A DNA stretch of 64,000 nucleotides. It comes from Octopus vulgaris. Its lineage: Eukaryota. This document shows positions 35,778-50,060 of the stretch, piece after piece. Made by a program: the position numbers and the translations under genes. The number at the start of each line of letters is the position of its first letter. Position 1 is the first letter of the stretch. The stretch is from contig OX597818.1 of assembly GCA_951406725.2 (NCBI GenBank), positions 136,400,001 to 136,464,000 on the forward strand. The letters are read 5' to 3'. The notes under the pieces are model-generated. The model had not been told where the DNA came from and did not search any database. It was given only the letters and a program-made list of their open reading frames with translations.

Positions 35778-36221
35778 CTCTTTTACTCTTTTACTTGTTT
35801 CAGTCATTTGACTGCAGCCATGCTGGAGCACCGCCTTTAGTCGATCAAATCGACCCCGGGACTGCTGTCAGGCCCAGTCTGATCTGGCAGTGTTTCTACG
35901 GCTGGATGCCCTTCCTAACGCCGAACTGCTAGAGTGAGTGGGACGTAAACACACCAGCATCGGTTGTCAAGTACAGACACACAAACACACACACACAAAT
36001 ATATATATATATATACATATATACGACAGGCTTCTTTCAGTTTCCGTCTACCAAATCCACTCACAAGGCATTGGTCAGCCCGGGGCTGATAGCAGAAGAC
36101 ACTTGCCCAAGATGCCTGATATCTGATTTGATTTGGTTTGATTTTCATTTTGATTTTGACTGTTCTCACTGGTCATGTGGTTGGTCTCACGCACAGCATA
36201 CTTACCACAGCCACTCCTGCG
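35778..36221 (-). mobile_element. Scrambled family A SINE containing family C fragments
   Basis: A body interrupted at ~35865-35922 by CAGTCTGATCTGGCAGTG..CTTCCTAACGCC and again at ~36116-36195. Confidence 0.75.
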
Positions 36222-36611
36222 TGTGTGTTTGAATATAGATGTATATGTTTATAGATGCAGCATGGCTGAATGATTAAGAAGTTTACTTTGCAATCAAGAG
36301 GTTCCAAGTTCGATCTTACTGCATGGCATTTTGGACAAATGTCTTTTACCATATCTTTGGGCTGATCCAAGCCATGTGAGTGAAACTGGGCGAATGGAAA
36401 CTACAAAAGCATGTGGATTGTATCTGTAATACAGAGGTCTACTACTTGCCCCTCATTATGTCATGTAAATTCTGCTTGAGCATTGTGATAAAGGTATACA
36501 TATCTAAGGGATACTCAACCACTTACTTATTCAAGTAGTTTACTTTATTCAACGACTGAAAACTCATTACACATTGTTAAGAATGATGAAGATCTGTTCA
36601 CATTATACACC

Positions 36612-37190
36612 TATATATTCATGTGTGTGTGCTTATACATGCACATACATACACTTGAACACACACACACACACACATATACAAAAAAATACATACTACA
36701 TACAGGCATAAATAAATAAATATATATATATGTGTGTGTGTGCATATGTGTGTGTGTGTGTATGTGTGTGTGTGCATATATATATGTGTATATATATATA
36801 TATGTGTGTGTATATATATGTGTGTATGTGTGTATATATATGTGTGTGTATATATATATGTGTGCGTGTGTATATATATATATATATATGTGTGTGTGTA
36901 TATATATATGTGTGTGTGTGTATGTGTATATATATATATGTGTGTGTGTGAATATGTGTGAATATGTGTGTGTATATATATATGTGTATGTACATATATA
37001 TATAAAGGGAAAATTGTACAGAATGTATAAATAGATGATATATATAAAGAGAGAGAGAGAGAGTGACACACACATAAATGTACATGCATGCACACATTCA
37101 CAATTGCACATGCATGCACACACACACGCAAATGCACACGTTCACACATACGTACATGCACACGTATACTCACACAAACATATATGCATG
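36612..37190. repeat. Compound (TA)n/(TG)n/(CA)n microsatellite
   Basis: Visible directly in the sequence. Confidence 0.95.
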
Positions 37191-39213
37191 TTTGTGTAAT
37201 TGGTTTTACACCTTTAATGAAGAATACTAAAAACATCTGTTTACATTTTCAGACTTCATTGCCTAGAACTGATAAACAATATGATGCTCTTTAAAGTGGG
37301 ATTCATTCTTACTCTCTCTCTCTCTCTCTCTCCTTCTTCTCTCAATCTCTTTCGTTAACTCTTCCTCACTCACTCTCTCTTTCATATTTGCTTTCTCTCA
37401 TTCTTCACGCTCTGTAATTCTTTCTATATTTCTACTCTTATTCTCTCCCTATCTTTTAAAAATTTTCTCTCCTGATTCCAATTTTTTTCTTCTTTCTAAC
37501 CTTAAATATCTTTTCTGCTTTCTTCATACCATTCCTTCAGTTATTAGCTCTCCTTTTTTTATATGCCATTATAATTTGACCGTGAAGAATGCCAGACTGT
37601 GGAACAACTCATTAAATGTAAAGCCAACCTCACACACCTTTCTTAAAGAATGGTAAAACAATTTAGATACACTCTGTCTATATTCCACCCTCCTTTGTCC
37701 CCCTCCCTCTCCAAGAAAAACAAAATTATCCTTAAAAATGAAAGCATTAACAAATGGTAATTCCATGTTAACTTCAAAATATGGTGTAGAATATTGTTTT
37801 GATATCTTCTCTTCATAATAGAAGTAAGGTGGAGCAGGTGAATGGTTTGTGGGATAAACATTTTAGATTGATGGCTTGTGAGTTCAAATTCATTGGGATG
37901 TTTTGTTGATCCCAGGTCATCCCCAACTGGGCAGTTTTCATCAAAAATATTCCATCTACGACCATCCTATCATTTTGTGCATCAGGAATTTCATTGTTCA
38001 CTGTCCTTTATTTAAGACAGAAGAGTATGTTTTGAGGGAGATTTGGCTGCTATGTCTAGCGGGTTGGGTGACCACATAGAGGCTTCCTCATTGACATGTT
38101 CACTTCAAAGGTTTCATGTTTGTAATCAGGATATTTAATTCTAGATTGGTTTTGTACATAGAGCTATAAATAGATAATATCAAGGCTCTTTTATGAAGGA
38201 ATGAGAGTTTATATGTGAGACCTGATTGTCTTAGCAATTGAAACACTTATCCTTTATGGGGATGAACATTAAATCATTACTAGAACCTCTGGTCAGTCCT
38301 TGATGGCCGCTACACTCAGATACCATAAATGGCCTTTACTGTCAACTCAATGCAGAAAGTAACCAATAAGCAACTCAACTCCATGGCAACGTTCTACCCA
38401 ACATGAACAACAAGATAACTAGAAGATGGCTGTAACTTGCCACTGGGTACTGTCTGAGATTTCTGACAAGAAGTATTTTCACTGAGAAGTTAGCTTACAA
38501 AGAAAAATCTCCACCATACTCCAAACCTGAAGAGTATTAGAAAGAGATATATTCTTTATTCAATATAAATGCTCTCTGCATATATTGGTAATAGATTCCT
38601 GTCCCTAATTAATCAGCATTTCCAAACATCTGTAGGTATCATAAACTTTTAATGTCCATAATGTCCAGGTTAGCTACTCATGACTAGATAATGTCACTTC
38701 TGTCATTGCATGCTACAGCAGGAAAAACACATACCCACACAAACTCCATCCACACCTCAGCTTGTAAATTCTGAAATCCCAACTAAGTGTCCACTAGAGA
38801 TACCCTATTTCTCAAAGGCTGCAGTCTGTTGACTAGCCTAATGCCATCCAATGGTATCACAAGAAACTATATAGGCCTAACAGCCAATTATTTTGAGGGA
38901 AGTTTCATATAACATAGACATTCCGCCACCTCCCTGTTCAATTTCATTTGGTGATTCTAGAACCAAGCAAAGGATTTTCCCAACATCACTTAGAACAAAC
39001 ATTCTTCATAGGGCTCCTCCTACTCTCATACTGCTTAAAACTGTCACTTCTGTCTCCATGAGAAACTGTATATACTACAACAGCCTATATAATCCATCAA
39101 CAAGAAAACTGATTTATCATTTAGTTGCCATCAAAATAGATATCTTGAACTTAAAGTATGGATATCTTAATACTTCAGAAAGATCACCATAACTCTAGTT
39201 GGTTTATATGTAA

Positions 39214-39606
39214 CTAGCAGTATCACCCGGCGTTGCTCGGGTTTGTAAGGGAAATAACTATATAAGCATTTTTAGAGATGTAAAGTATAATAGCCATCTC
39301 AATATGGCTAACCACAAGGGGTGGTGTTACTGTAGCTTTTTACGTTCTGAGATTTAATAAATTTTTAGAGAGTTACTTCCCTTATATATGCCAAAAATGC
39401 ATTAAAAATGGGAAAAATTGATGGTAAATTTTTTTGTTAAATCGTAGACTCATTGTAGACACACGCTAATACCCAGAAGGGCTCGATATGAATCATGACT
39501 ATAAGATACTCGGTTTTGGTTAAACTGCACCGCAAAATGTGGGAGTAGTTAGGAATCTAAATTGTAGGAGACAGACAGCACACAATTTCTCTTTTATATA
39601 TAAAGA
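39214..39606 (-). mobile_element. Non-autonomous Helitron, single-unit version
   Basis: Reverse complement of 25963-26562 with one internal unit. Ends read A|CTAG...GA|T. Confidence 0.88.
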
Positions 39607-40290
39607 TTTCAGAATAAGCAACCCCTTTTTTCTCATGGTGAGATTATTCCTCTTGTGGCTGACCAGTGCAAATACCCAGCTACAAATACATAAAAAAAAG
39701 AGGTAAACAGTTACATATGTCACACTACCCACATCAAGATTACGTCTCCATGTGATGTCACAAACACATTGATAAGTAATCTGACACCACCAGATCGGTT
39801 ACCTGGACATTGCTGCTGCTGTGCTATAATTAATCCCATTATTACTGTTTACCTTCCTCTACACTCTTGTCATCATTTTTATGCCACTAATTCATTCTCA
39901 CTCTTAAATGTGAGTAGCCATGTAATTCTTCCACCATGTGAATTTGCTCTCTCATTCTCACTCTCTCTCTCTCCTGAACATGAGTAGCTCTGTAGCTCTT
40001 CTACGATAAGAACTTGCTCTACCCCAATCTCTTCTCTTATAGCTTCAATCCAATCTAACATAAGGATGCACTCATATCCTTCCTCGAATTTTGTAGACTT
40101 GCAAGTGATATGAAAACCTCAATCATGCTAGTGGCATGAAAAAATACCTAGCACATGGTGTAAAGTGGTTGGTGTCATCATCCAACTGTAGGTACCATTA
40201 CAAAGCAGACACAGGGGCACTATGCAATGGATCCATGTCAAACTGTCCAACCCATGCCAGCATGGAATATGGTGATGTTGCTGGTATCAG

Positions 40291-40520
40291 ACGGCAAGCT
40301 GGCAGAAATGTTAGCACATCGGACGAAATGCGTAGCCGTATTTCATCTGCCGTTACGTTCTGAGTTCAAATCCCGCTGAGGTCGACTTTGCCTTTCATCC
40401 TTTCGGGGTCGATAAATTAAGTACCAGTTTCGCACTGGGGTCGATGTAATTGACTTAATCCGTTTGTCTATCCTTGTTTGTCCCCTCTGTGTTTAGCCCC
40501 TTGTGGGTAGTAAAGAAATA
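40291..40520 (+). mobile_element. Family B SINE with perfect 17-bp TSD
   Basis: GATGTTGCTGGTATCAG at 40274-40290 and 40521-40537. Confidence 0.92.
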
Positions 40521-41607
40521 GATGTTGCTGGTATCAGTTGAATATAATTGTTGTTGTTCAGCTCCTATATCCATTCTGACTGAGAGAGACATAAGACATA
40601 CCTTTCTAGAACCATCCGGTCTTTTACTTTTGTTAAAGTATATGTAGGAATAAATGTTGTGCCTAAGCTAAGTCAATATGAAAAGAATTTGAATTTCCCT
40701 GATCAGCTTTTTTATTTCTACTTTGAATCTCTTTTGAAGCTCCTAATATCTCTAACCCCGCCCCACCACACCTTTTTTCTGTCTCTCTGCCCCATACCTT
40801 AGGGTTCAAATGTTAATCTTCTATGGGATAAAGAAAAAAAATACTGCTTCAATTTAATTTATTTTTCAGATGTTGAAAAATATTTTGTTACTATCAAATG
40901 ATAAAAATGAGTGGTTTGTACTATTTTTGATGAATTAATTTATTTAATGGCTTTCTAAAAGCAAGATAAAATTATTCCATAAAGATATGGTAGCTAATAT
41001 TCCATGGTTCCAAGATGGTATCTAATAAAGTCAAAAGACACCTTAGATTAATTTTATTTTCCCAACCAAATGTTTTTATATTTTTATTTTTACACAATTA
41101 TATGAATCTTTTCCTTTTTTTTTTTTTGGCTCTTTTATATTTTAATATCGGAAATATTACATTTAAAATTGAGACTAGAATATTAAGAGTTTGATGTTAG
41201 CTTTGGTTTCTATGGTGATATATTTTAATATGGCAATAAAGCTGAAACAATTGAAACAATGTTTATTTATGAATATTTGTCTTTCGTTATTGTTGTCGAT
41301 ATTCTTGCTAATACTATCTTTATTCTTTTAAATCAGAAAATAATCATAAAGAGCAAAAAAAAAAAAACCCCAAAAACTAAATAAAAATAAAAATCCATAC
41401 AGCCAAAAGTTAAAATTCCGGATTCTGTGATTTTTAAGACGTTTGAAGATGAATTATTTTAAGGATAAGATATTAGTAGGCTACTGTTTGTACAATTTCC
41501 AGAAAGGATGGTGCCTTTATTTCACCACTGGTGAGTCTACCATTCAAATAGTCCATGGTAGGATCTGAATTCAAAATACAGAGCCAAAACATATACCACA
41601 AGGTATT

Positions 41608-41758
41608 GTGGTTGGTGTTAGGAAGGGCATCCAGCTGTAGAAACACTGCCAGATCAGACTGGGCCTGGTGCAGCCTTCTGGTTTCCCAGACCCCAGTTGA
41701 ACTGGCCAACCCATGCTAGCATGGAAAACGGACTTTAAACGATGATGATGATGATGAT
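41608..41758 (+). mobile_element. Family C element, 3' part
   Basis: GGTGTTAGGAAGGGCATCCAGCTG...AAACGATGATGATG. Confidence 0.85.
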
Positions 41759-41965
41759 TCTGTTTGACATTATAATGGTTCTGACAATTCCTCACCCTAA
41801 CCTGGTACTTTTATTTATTGATGCTGGAAAAATGAAAGGCAGAATTGATTTGGGCTGGATTTGAACTAAGAATGTAAGATGCTTGAATAAACATCACACA
41901 AGACATCGCATCTGATGCTCTTATGATTCTGCTTTTATATGCAGCTGAATACTATGGCATAGAAA

Positions 41966-42398
41966 TTAGTTAAGTTAAGTTAAGTTAATTTTTTGGCTCA
42001 AAAAGCAAAAAGCAATGCCATGTAGGGGGACATGGAGTTATGTACTGGGAGGGTGTTCATGCAAAGAGTTCAGGCCATTTCTGGTCAAGAGAGACTTTGA
42101 ACCGAGTGGTTGTTGGCATCTTCACTATCTCGTCTGGCAGCTTATTCCACGGATCTGCAACCCGGACGGAGAAAGCCACTCTCCTTCGATTGAGATGAAA
42201 TCGTTGCAGATAGAGCTTTTCGGAGTGACCCCGCAGCCGACGCTCTGGAGCAGGAGTGAAGAACAGCTCTTTTGAGATGTTACACTTTCTGCTTATAATG
42301 TTGTGAGCGAGAATGGGATCACCACGGTGTCGTCGTTTTTCTAGAGAATAAAGGTCGAGCGTCTTCAGCCTTTCTTCGTAGGACAAATGCTTGAGACT
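41966..42398 (-). mobile_element. CR1-clade LINE 3' end with (TAACT)n tail
   Basis: LKHLSYEERLKTLDLYSLEKRRHRGD..LRGHSEKL..FSVRVADPWNKLPDEIV..FKVSLD, followed by a short 3' UTR and a pentamer tail. Confidence 0.92.
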
Positions 42399-42465
42399 AA
42401 GATTAGTCTGTTGTGAAACACTATCATGTTGATATTTCACTATCATACGGATCAAATCTGGCAAT

Positions 42466-42904
42466 AGGTACAGGTGTGGCTGGGTGGTAAGAAGTTTGCT
42501 TCCCAGCCACATGTTTCTCAGTTCAGTCCCACTGTGTGGCACCTTGGGCAAGTATCTTCTACTATAGCCTCAAGCCAACCAAAGCCTTGTGAGTTGACCT
42601 GAGAAATGGAAACTGAAATAAGTCTGTTATATGTGTGTGTGTGTGCATGTGTGTGTGCATGCATGTGTGTGTGTGTGTGTGTGTGTGTTTGTGTCTGTTT
42701 GCCTACTGACCACCACCACTTGACAACCAGTGTTGGTGTGTTTATGTCCTCGTAACTTACCTTTCCAGCAAATGAGACTGGTAGAATAAGTATCTGGCTT
42801 AAAAAAAATAAGTGTTGGGGTCAGTTTGTTTGACTAAAATTCTTCAAAGTAGTGCCCCAGCATGGCCACAGTCTAATGACTGGAACAAGTAAAAGGTAAA
42901 AGGT
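42466..42904 (+). mobile_element. Family A SINE (older variant)
   Basis: tRNA head, CCTTGGGCAAGT, internal (TG)n and GTAAAAG tail. Confidence 0.85.
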
Positions 42905-43234
42905 ATTATATTTTACTTCAGCTGAGAATACTGAAGTATGGAGATGAGATGATGCACTACTAAACACCACATGTTCATGTGGTATTTCATACATGTGAAA
43001 TCTATGAATAGAAGTAGCTTGATGTGCTCAGACTATTTCAACTGTGGTAGTTGTAGTTTTTGGCTGTCTGTTTGTCCAAAGATGAGGGATAGCGCTTTAG
43101 ATGTAATTAACGGTCAGTTTGAATGGTAGAATGGAAATCGGGGACAATGAAGAAGTTCCAACAGAGAGAAAGAGATGCACATATGGATAGATTTGGTAAA
43201 GTACCTAGTTGTGAGTTTTGAAGACCAAGACACA

Positions 43235-43746
43235 TTAAGATCTGGTCATCAAATCTAAGTAGAGACTTCAAACTTGAAATCTTCTAAGCCACAGTCGAAC
43301 CAATTCTACTATATGGCTCAGAAACCTGGACGTTATCAAAGAAACTTGAGAGGCAGTTGGATGGAACCTACACTCGCCTCCTTATGAGAGCTCAAAATCT
43401 CTCGTGGAAGCGCCATCCAACCAAAATGAAAATATATGGGAAACTACCACCTGTGTCATCTCTTGTGAAAGGTAGGAGAGTCCAGTTTGCTGGACATTGT
43501 TGTAGAGCTGAAAAAGAGGTAATTTCTACTCTTCTCCTCTGGAAGTCATCTACCCGCAATACCAGAGGGCACACACTCTCCTACCCTGATGTAATCTCCA
43601 GGGATACAGGCATCCAGCAACAGGACCTCCGTAATGCCATGATGGACTGTAGCATGGTAAATTTCATTGTCTCGACCACGTGAATGCCATGATGGACGTA
43701 GCATGGTAAATTCCATTGTCTCGACCACGGTTGTACAATGAATGAA
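43235..43746 (+). mobile_element. RTE-clade LINE ORF C-terminal fragment
   Basis: KIWSSNLSRDFKLEIF*ATVEPILLYGSETWTL..LDGTYTRLLMRAQNLSWK..RRVQFAGHCCR. LLYGSETW and R..F.GH..R are RTE/RTEX signatures. Confidence 0.9.
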
Positions 43747-44164
43747 GTTAACAGGAGGAAACATGGATAGGACCAGTAGGTTTAGGTGAGAGTGCAGTAC
43801 ATTTTCAAGTTCAAAACAGCAGGGGCTGCATTATTAGCAGTAAAAGAGACTGCGAGAAGACAGAGTTTAATAGCTGGATAATAATTTGTATATTTTGGTT
43901 TTAATGAAAATATTGACTATCAGGTTCACTGTAATGTGTTTTGAGAAGACAGAATGTCGGTAATTGACTAAGTTTATATTAACTAAATATATAATGAATT
44001 GTGATTAATTTTATCAACTCCATCTCTCGGTGATATAACAGATGAATGAGCTACTATGTCGTTATGAAGGAGAGAATAAGTTATGTTTGTGTTAATTTAA
44101 CTATGATTATCTTTGGTAAATTTGTTAAGTTGTTTAGTTTTCTGTGTAATAATTATGTAATATA

Positions 44165-44881
44165 TCTTTTATCTTTTACTTGTTTCAGTCATTTGACTGT
44201 GGCCATGCTGGGGCACTGGCTTGAAGGGTTTTAGTCAAACAAATCAACGGCAGGACTTATTTTTTTAAAGCTTAGTACTTATTCTATTTGCTCTTTTGTT
44301 GAACTGCTAAGTTATAGGGATGTAAACACCAACACCGGTTGTCAAGCAATAGTAAGGGATGAAGATGGACACAAAGACACCGTGGAGGCACGTGGTTTAG
44401 TGGTTAGGGTGTTGAATTCATGATCGTGAGGTTGTGGTTTCGATTCCTGGACTGGGCGATGCATTGTGTTCTTGAGCAAAACACTTCATTTCACGTTTGC
44501 TCCAGTCCACTCAGCTGGCAAAAATGAGTAATCTTGCGATGGACTGGCGTCCTGTCCAGGTGGGGAATTTCTACGCCACTGAAACTGGGAAACCGGCCCT
44601 TATGAGCCTGGCATGGCTCGAGAAGGAACACAAAGATACCAGGCTGGGTGACAGGTATACATAACCAAGGGAGAAGCAGAAAAACACATAGATATTATAT
44701 ATATATATATATATATATATGATGGGCTTCTTTCAGTTTCTGTCTACTAAATCTACTCACAAGGCTTTGGTTGGTGTGAGGCTATAGTAGAAGGCACTTG
44801 CCCAAGGTGTCATTAAGAAAGACTGAACCTGGGACCATGTGGTTGGAAAGCAAGCTTCTTACAACACAGCCATACCTGCAC
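44165..44881 (-). mobile_element. Family A SINE with a nested + strand tRNA SINE (44381-44628)
   Basis: The insert starts GTGGAGGCACGTGGTTTAGTGGTTAGGG..GGTTTCGATTCC and is flanked by ACACAAAGA(C/T)ACC repeats. A related copy lies at ~45568-45810. Confidence 0.82.
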
Positions 44882-46067
44882 CGATTGTTTAGTTTTATGT
44901 ATAATCACTCTGCAATATTGCTTCATGTTGGAGTGTCTGAGCAAATTCTGGAATTATGTTATGTGGTAAGTGACATGTCTCATAAGGTCAGATGATGAAT
45001 GGGGTGGGGGTTGTTCAGCTAGTGGCCAGGAAGCTGATTGGTTAAGAATAAAGTTCTATAGTTACAAAGTCACATGTCTGTTAAGAAGATTCTAGATTAA
45101 TGCACGAGAATGTAAAGAGGATGTAGTCTCCGTGTGGAGGCAAGCAATATGTGGAAGTCAGTCAGTGTGAAACTAATTAACACAGAACTACATTCCATGA
45201 GATGTGTATTTTGATGACACCTTGCTGTGCATGACTCTCTTCTTCTCTGGGCAAGTTGGCTTGCTGCACTGGCCTGCAGTTTCCCTACTGCTAACTTTTG
45301 CTGTTGGGGCCATGTTGGTATAGAAAGGAGGTTGCATTTTGCAACAATTTTTCTCCAGAGGCTAAATGTCAAAGAGGGTAAGTTCTTGAACTATGTACTT
45401 TTGGAGTTTAATTCCAGTGCTGGCATTCTGTTATATTCCTGAGCAAGAGGCATTACTATATCTGCTTAAGCGTAACCTTGCAATGAGATGTAGGTACCTG
45501 GACATTTGGGACTGTTATGTATCATAAACTGCTGTCTTATTTAGGGTGAAGTTTACCTTGCCTTCATGAAGGTGCATGGCTTAGTGGTCAGGGTGTTGCA
45601 CTAATGATCACAAAATTGTGGTTTTGATTCCTGGACTGGGTGACGCATTGTGTTCTTGAGCAAAACACTTCATTTCATGTTACTCTAATCCACTCAGCTG
45701 GCAAAAAGGGTCATCTTGCAGTGGACTGGCATCCCATTTGGGATGGGGGGGGGATATGTATGCTGCAGAATCTGGGAAAATTGCCTTATGAGTCAATGAC
45801 TTGAGAGAGACCTTTGATCTCCATTTGCCTGTTTCACATTACAAAAACAAAACCAAACAATCATTTTTCAACGAGACAAGTGCAATCTTCGTAACAGATA
45901 TGGCATTAAATTCTTGGTCTGTGTCATTGGAATAAATCTACAAATGATCAGTTCTTTTGGACAGACAAAATACTTTGTGGGATTTGCAAAAAGCTTAATT
46001 GCTACTTTGCTATTGATGGAGGTTACCATTCTGTGTCTGTTGCAATGTTTTTGTCAAGAGATGTATG

Positions 46068-46268
46068 ATAGCATGTGGAAAAGTTCCTGGTTTTGGATAA
46101 AAGAAAATACAGGAGGATCAGTTAATTATGATTTTATTCAACATATTCCCCTCTCAGATTCACATACATATTGCAGCGGCCCTTCAGTTTTTCTACATCC
46201 TGTAAAAGAACTCAGAACATTGGGCCTAAAATCAGCACTTAAAGCCAGGAACTTTTCAGCACTCCCAT
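46068..46268 (-). mobile_element. Mariner-derived MITE (same family as 27772-27990)
   Basis: GAAAAGTTCCTGGTTTT...AAAGCCAGGAACTTTTCAGCAC, with the interior matching in reverse. Confidence 0.8.
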
Positions 46269-46794
46269 GTATATATGGAATTTGGTTTCTCTGCGAGATA
46301 GAAGTGACTATGGTCTATCGTACTACAAATATAATACATAGTATCAATGACTAAACATTGTTTCTAGGTGTTGCCTCAATTGCTTGCTTGGTTACCATTT
46401 TCTATTGATTTTTTCCAACAACTCTGGGTCATGTCAAGCTACATATTGTTGGTTGGTCAGCTGATCAGCTGGTTGGCATGAACGTTCCAGGATGATGGCA
46501 TGGGTGGTGATAATTATACAAAAGTATTGATGAATGACTATGATAGTCTGAGGGAGGTGGAGGGAGAATACCCATCTGTGTGACAGGAAGAGTTAAGACA
46601 AATTTACACGCGTACACACGCGCATACACATGTGCGCACACACGTGCACACACACACATGTGAACACACACAGACATGTGCACACATGCACGCACACACA
46701 CACACACACAGAGAAAAGCAAATGAAAAAGAGATGAAAAGAAAGAGGAAAATAGAAATAAGTGCTAGTATCTATGAACAATGGAAGTATGGGTG

Positions 46795-47100
46795 GTGAGA
46801 GAGAGAAAGAAAGAGAGAGAGAGAAAGAAAGAGAGAGAGGGGGAGAAATAGCTAGACAGATAGCTAAACAGAAATGTGAGATAAATAGGGAGAGAAAAAG
46901 AGAGAGAAAGAAAGAGAGAGAGTGTGAGAAAGAGAGAGAGAGAGAGAGTGAGAAAGAAAGAGAGAGAGAGAGAAAGAAAGAGAGAGAGAGAAAGAGAGAG
47001 AGGGGGAGGAGAAATAGCTAGACAGATAGCTAAACAGGAATGTGAGATAAATAGGGAGAGAAAGAGAGAGATAAATAGAGAAAGAGGGAGAAGGAGGGAG
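46795..47100. repeat. (GA)n-rich tract with a duplicated ~55-bp unique segment
   Basis: GGAGAAATAGCTAGACAGATAGCTAAACAG.AATGTGAGATAAATAGGG at ~46842 and ~47007. Confidence 0.85.
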
Positions 47101-47549
47101 AAGCTGGTTGCTTTAGGTATAGATTAAAAGATGAAGAGTGAAAGACAGTAATAGGAAGGAGAGGGTTAGAAAGGTAATTTGTGCGTGTAGAGAGAGAGAG
47201 AGAGAGAGAGGGAAAGGTGATGAGAGTGAGAATGAGAGACAAAGTGAATAAAGGATAGAGATAGGAGAAGAAGCTTCTGGAAAATGGCAAAAACGTGAAA
47301 TCATTGAGAAGTGGGAAGAAATGAAATGGTGCAAAATATCAGAAGGAATAAGAATGGAATGAGGTGGAAAAGAACTGCTACAAGAATACAAGTGAAAGGT
47401 AAAAGTAAGATGCTGCTGTGTAGGCACTGTGTTGCCAAAAGAGGGTCATAATAGGGTCAAATTATATCTACATAGGTGGAAAGAACATTGCTTGGTTTAA
47501 TATATATACCTGTGTAATAATAATAATAAAAAAAACTAAACTTAATCAA

Positions 47550-48141
47550 ATAGGTGTATGAGTGGCTTGTGGTAAGTAGCTTGCTTCCCAGCCACATGAT
47601 TCAGGGTTCAGTCCCATTACTTGGCACCTTGGGCAAGTGTCTTCTACTGACCAAAGCCTTGTGAGTGGATTTGGAAGATGGGAATTGATAGAAGCCTGTT
47701 GTATATATGTATATATATATATATATATAGTGTGTGTGTATATGTTTGTGTGTCTGTGTTTGTCTCCCCTAGCATTGCTTGACAACCGATGCTGGTGTGT
47801 TTACGTCCCCGTAACTTAGTGGTTTGGCAAAGGAGACCGATAGAATAAGTGGGCTTACAAAGAATGTCCCAGGGTCGAATTGCTCGAAGCCTGTTGTATA
47901 TATGTATATATATATGTGTGTGTGTGTGTGTATATGTTTGTATGTCTGTGTTTGTCTCCCCAACATTACTTGACAACCGATGGTGGTGTGTTTACATCCT
48001 CGTAACTTAGCGGTTTGGCAAAGGAGACTGATAGAATAAGTAGATGGAATAAGTCCTAGGGTCAATTTGCTCAACTAAAAGGCAGTGCTCCAGCATGGCC
48101 ACAGTCAAATGACTGAAAGAAAGTAAAAGAGTAAAAAGAGT
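47550..48141 (+). mobile_element. Family A SINE with internal ~195-bp tandem duplication
   Basis: GAAGCCTGTTGTATATATG...GGGTC.ATTTGCTC occurs twice (from ~47691 and ~47886). Confidence 0.85.
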
Positions 48142-48422
48142 ATCCATACCAGTATAGTCAAATATGTACTTGTGTAATCTAAAACAGCCAAGTTTATGAA
48201 ATAAATTATTATCCGTTTAATGTCCACTTTGCTATGCTTGCATGGATCATACAGAATTTGTTGAGGCAAATTTTCTGCAGTTGGATGCCTTTCTTGTCAC
48301 TAAACCTCATCTGTTTCCAAGCAGGGTAATATTTCCCCATGGCTGGACATTTTCACAGAAAACTGCAAAGAACACAACTTGTATGAGTGAATTTTGCTTA
48401 TAACTATCATGTAAGGTGAAGA

Positions 48423-48806
48423 GTGGAGGCGCAATGGCCCAGTGGTTAGGGCAGCAGACTCGTGGTCATAGGATCGTGGTTTCGATTCCCAGACCGGGCG
48501 TTGTGAGTGTTTATTGAGCGAAAACACCTAAAAAGCTCCACGAGGCTCCGACAGGGGATGGTGGTGATCCCTGCTGTACTCTTTCACCACAACTTTCTCT
48601 CACTCTTACTTCCTGTTTCTGTTGTACCTGTATTTCAAGGGGCCGGCCTTGTCATTCTCTATGTCACGCTGAATATCCCCGAGAACTACATTAAGGGTAC
48701 ACGTGTCTGTGGAGTGCTCAGCCACTTACACGTTAATTTCACGAGCAGGCTGTTCTGTTGATTCGGATCAACCGGAACACTCGTCGTCGTAACCGACGGA
48801 GTGCTT
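48423..48806 (+). mobile_element. Family D SINE, full length
   Basis: Near-identical reverse complement of 18778-19160. Confidence 0.88.
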
Positions 48807-49817
48807 ACAATCCAAGGTGAAGACAAGGACATTCGCACACACATAGAGTTTCCATCTACCAAGTCCACTTACAAGGCTATTTGTGGGCCAAGGGCAATAG
48901 TAGAAGACACTTATCCAAGGTGACATGTAGTGGAACTGAACCTGAGACCATGCGGTTGGGAAGTGATCTTCTTAACCATGCAGCTATGCCTGTGCCTGTC
49001 TGTTTTCTCCAAAACAAACCAGTCTGTATCTTTCTCCCATGTGTGCCAGTGTAATTCTATCTCAATGTATCCCACATTTCTGAACTCAGTAAATATGATT
49101 CTAATAAAGAGAACCTGGAGCAATGTGGCTATCTATGCTGGCATTTCAGTTCATTTAACCACAGTTAATCATCGGTTCCCTAATTCCTGTAAACGGGTAT
49201 AGTCATTAAGAATGTTGGTGAGAATGTCTCATGGAATTTTTTCCAACCGTCTGTACTCAGTTCAAATCCTGCTGATGTCAGCTTTGCCTTTTATCCTTTC
49301 AGGATTAGTAAAAAAAAGAGTATCGGTTCAGATCAGTGGATTTGTAGAACTTGTTAGAGGATTGGGTGAAATGCTTTGTGTTTGGTCTTTGATAATCTGA
49401 GTGACATCCTGAAACATGTTTTGAGCATATTGGGCCTATTTGGTAAAGTATAGTTTTATCAATATTTACAAGAGAGAGAGAGAGATAGAGATAATGTGAT
49501 AACTTGAATCACTGTAGAGTGGGCTGGGGTATAGTAAAGGAAGCCTACAGCATGTAAAATAGATAGCAAAGTGAGAACGAAAATACTTTAGTCACACCAA
49601 TCAGTATTTATTTATTCTATAAAAAATCTATAAATCTTTTGGCCATCTTAGATTTGGCTGTACTGATAAGACTATATTTGGCTGTGATGGATCAAACAAA
49701 ACTCTACATACAGGGGAAAAGTGGGGAGTAGTAGTAGTAGTAGTAGTAGTAAGTATCTATAACTGCTTAGTTGTGAAGAGACTGAATTGCACAAGTATTG
49801 GGTTATATACTGACTAG

Positions 49818-50060
49818 TCATCATCGTCTACATTTAACATTTTCTTTTCATGCTGGCATGGGTTGGACAGCTTGATAGAAACTTGCAAGACTAGGGGCCA
49901 AACAAGGTTTCATAGTCTGCTTTGGCTTGGTTTCTATGGTTGGATGCCCTCCCTAATGCCAACCACTCTACAGAGTGTACCACGTGTATTTTATGTGGCA
50001 CTATCACCAGTGCTTTTTACATGGCACCAGCACCCACACCAATGCTTTTGCATGGCACAT
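49818..50060 (-). mobile_element. Old family C variant
   Basis: GGATGCCCTCCCTAATGCCAACCACTC followed by short TTTTACATGGCACC modules. Confidence 0.7.

Noticed and set aside
36611-37236. Long Tyr/Ile/His/Thr or Cys/Val ORFs (also 51.1-51.6 kb and 63.6-64 kb)
   Set aside because: These are dinucleotide microsatellite translations.
46761-47127. Glu/Arg-rich ORFs (also 59.5-59.8 kb)
   Set aside because: These are (GA)n tracts.
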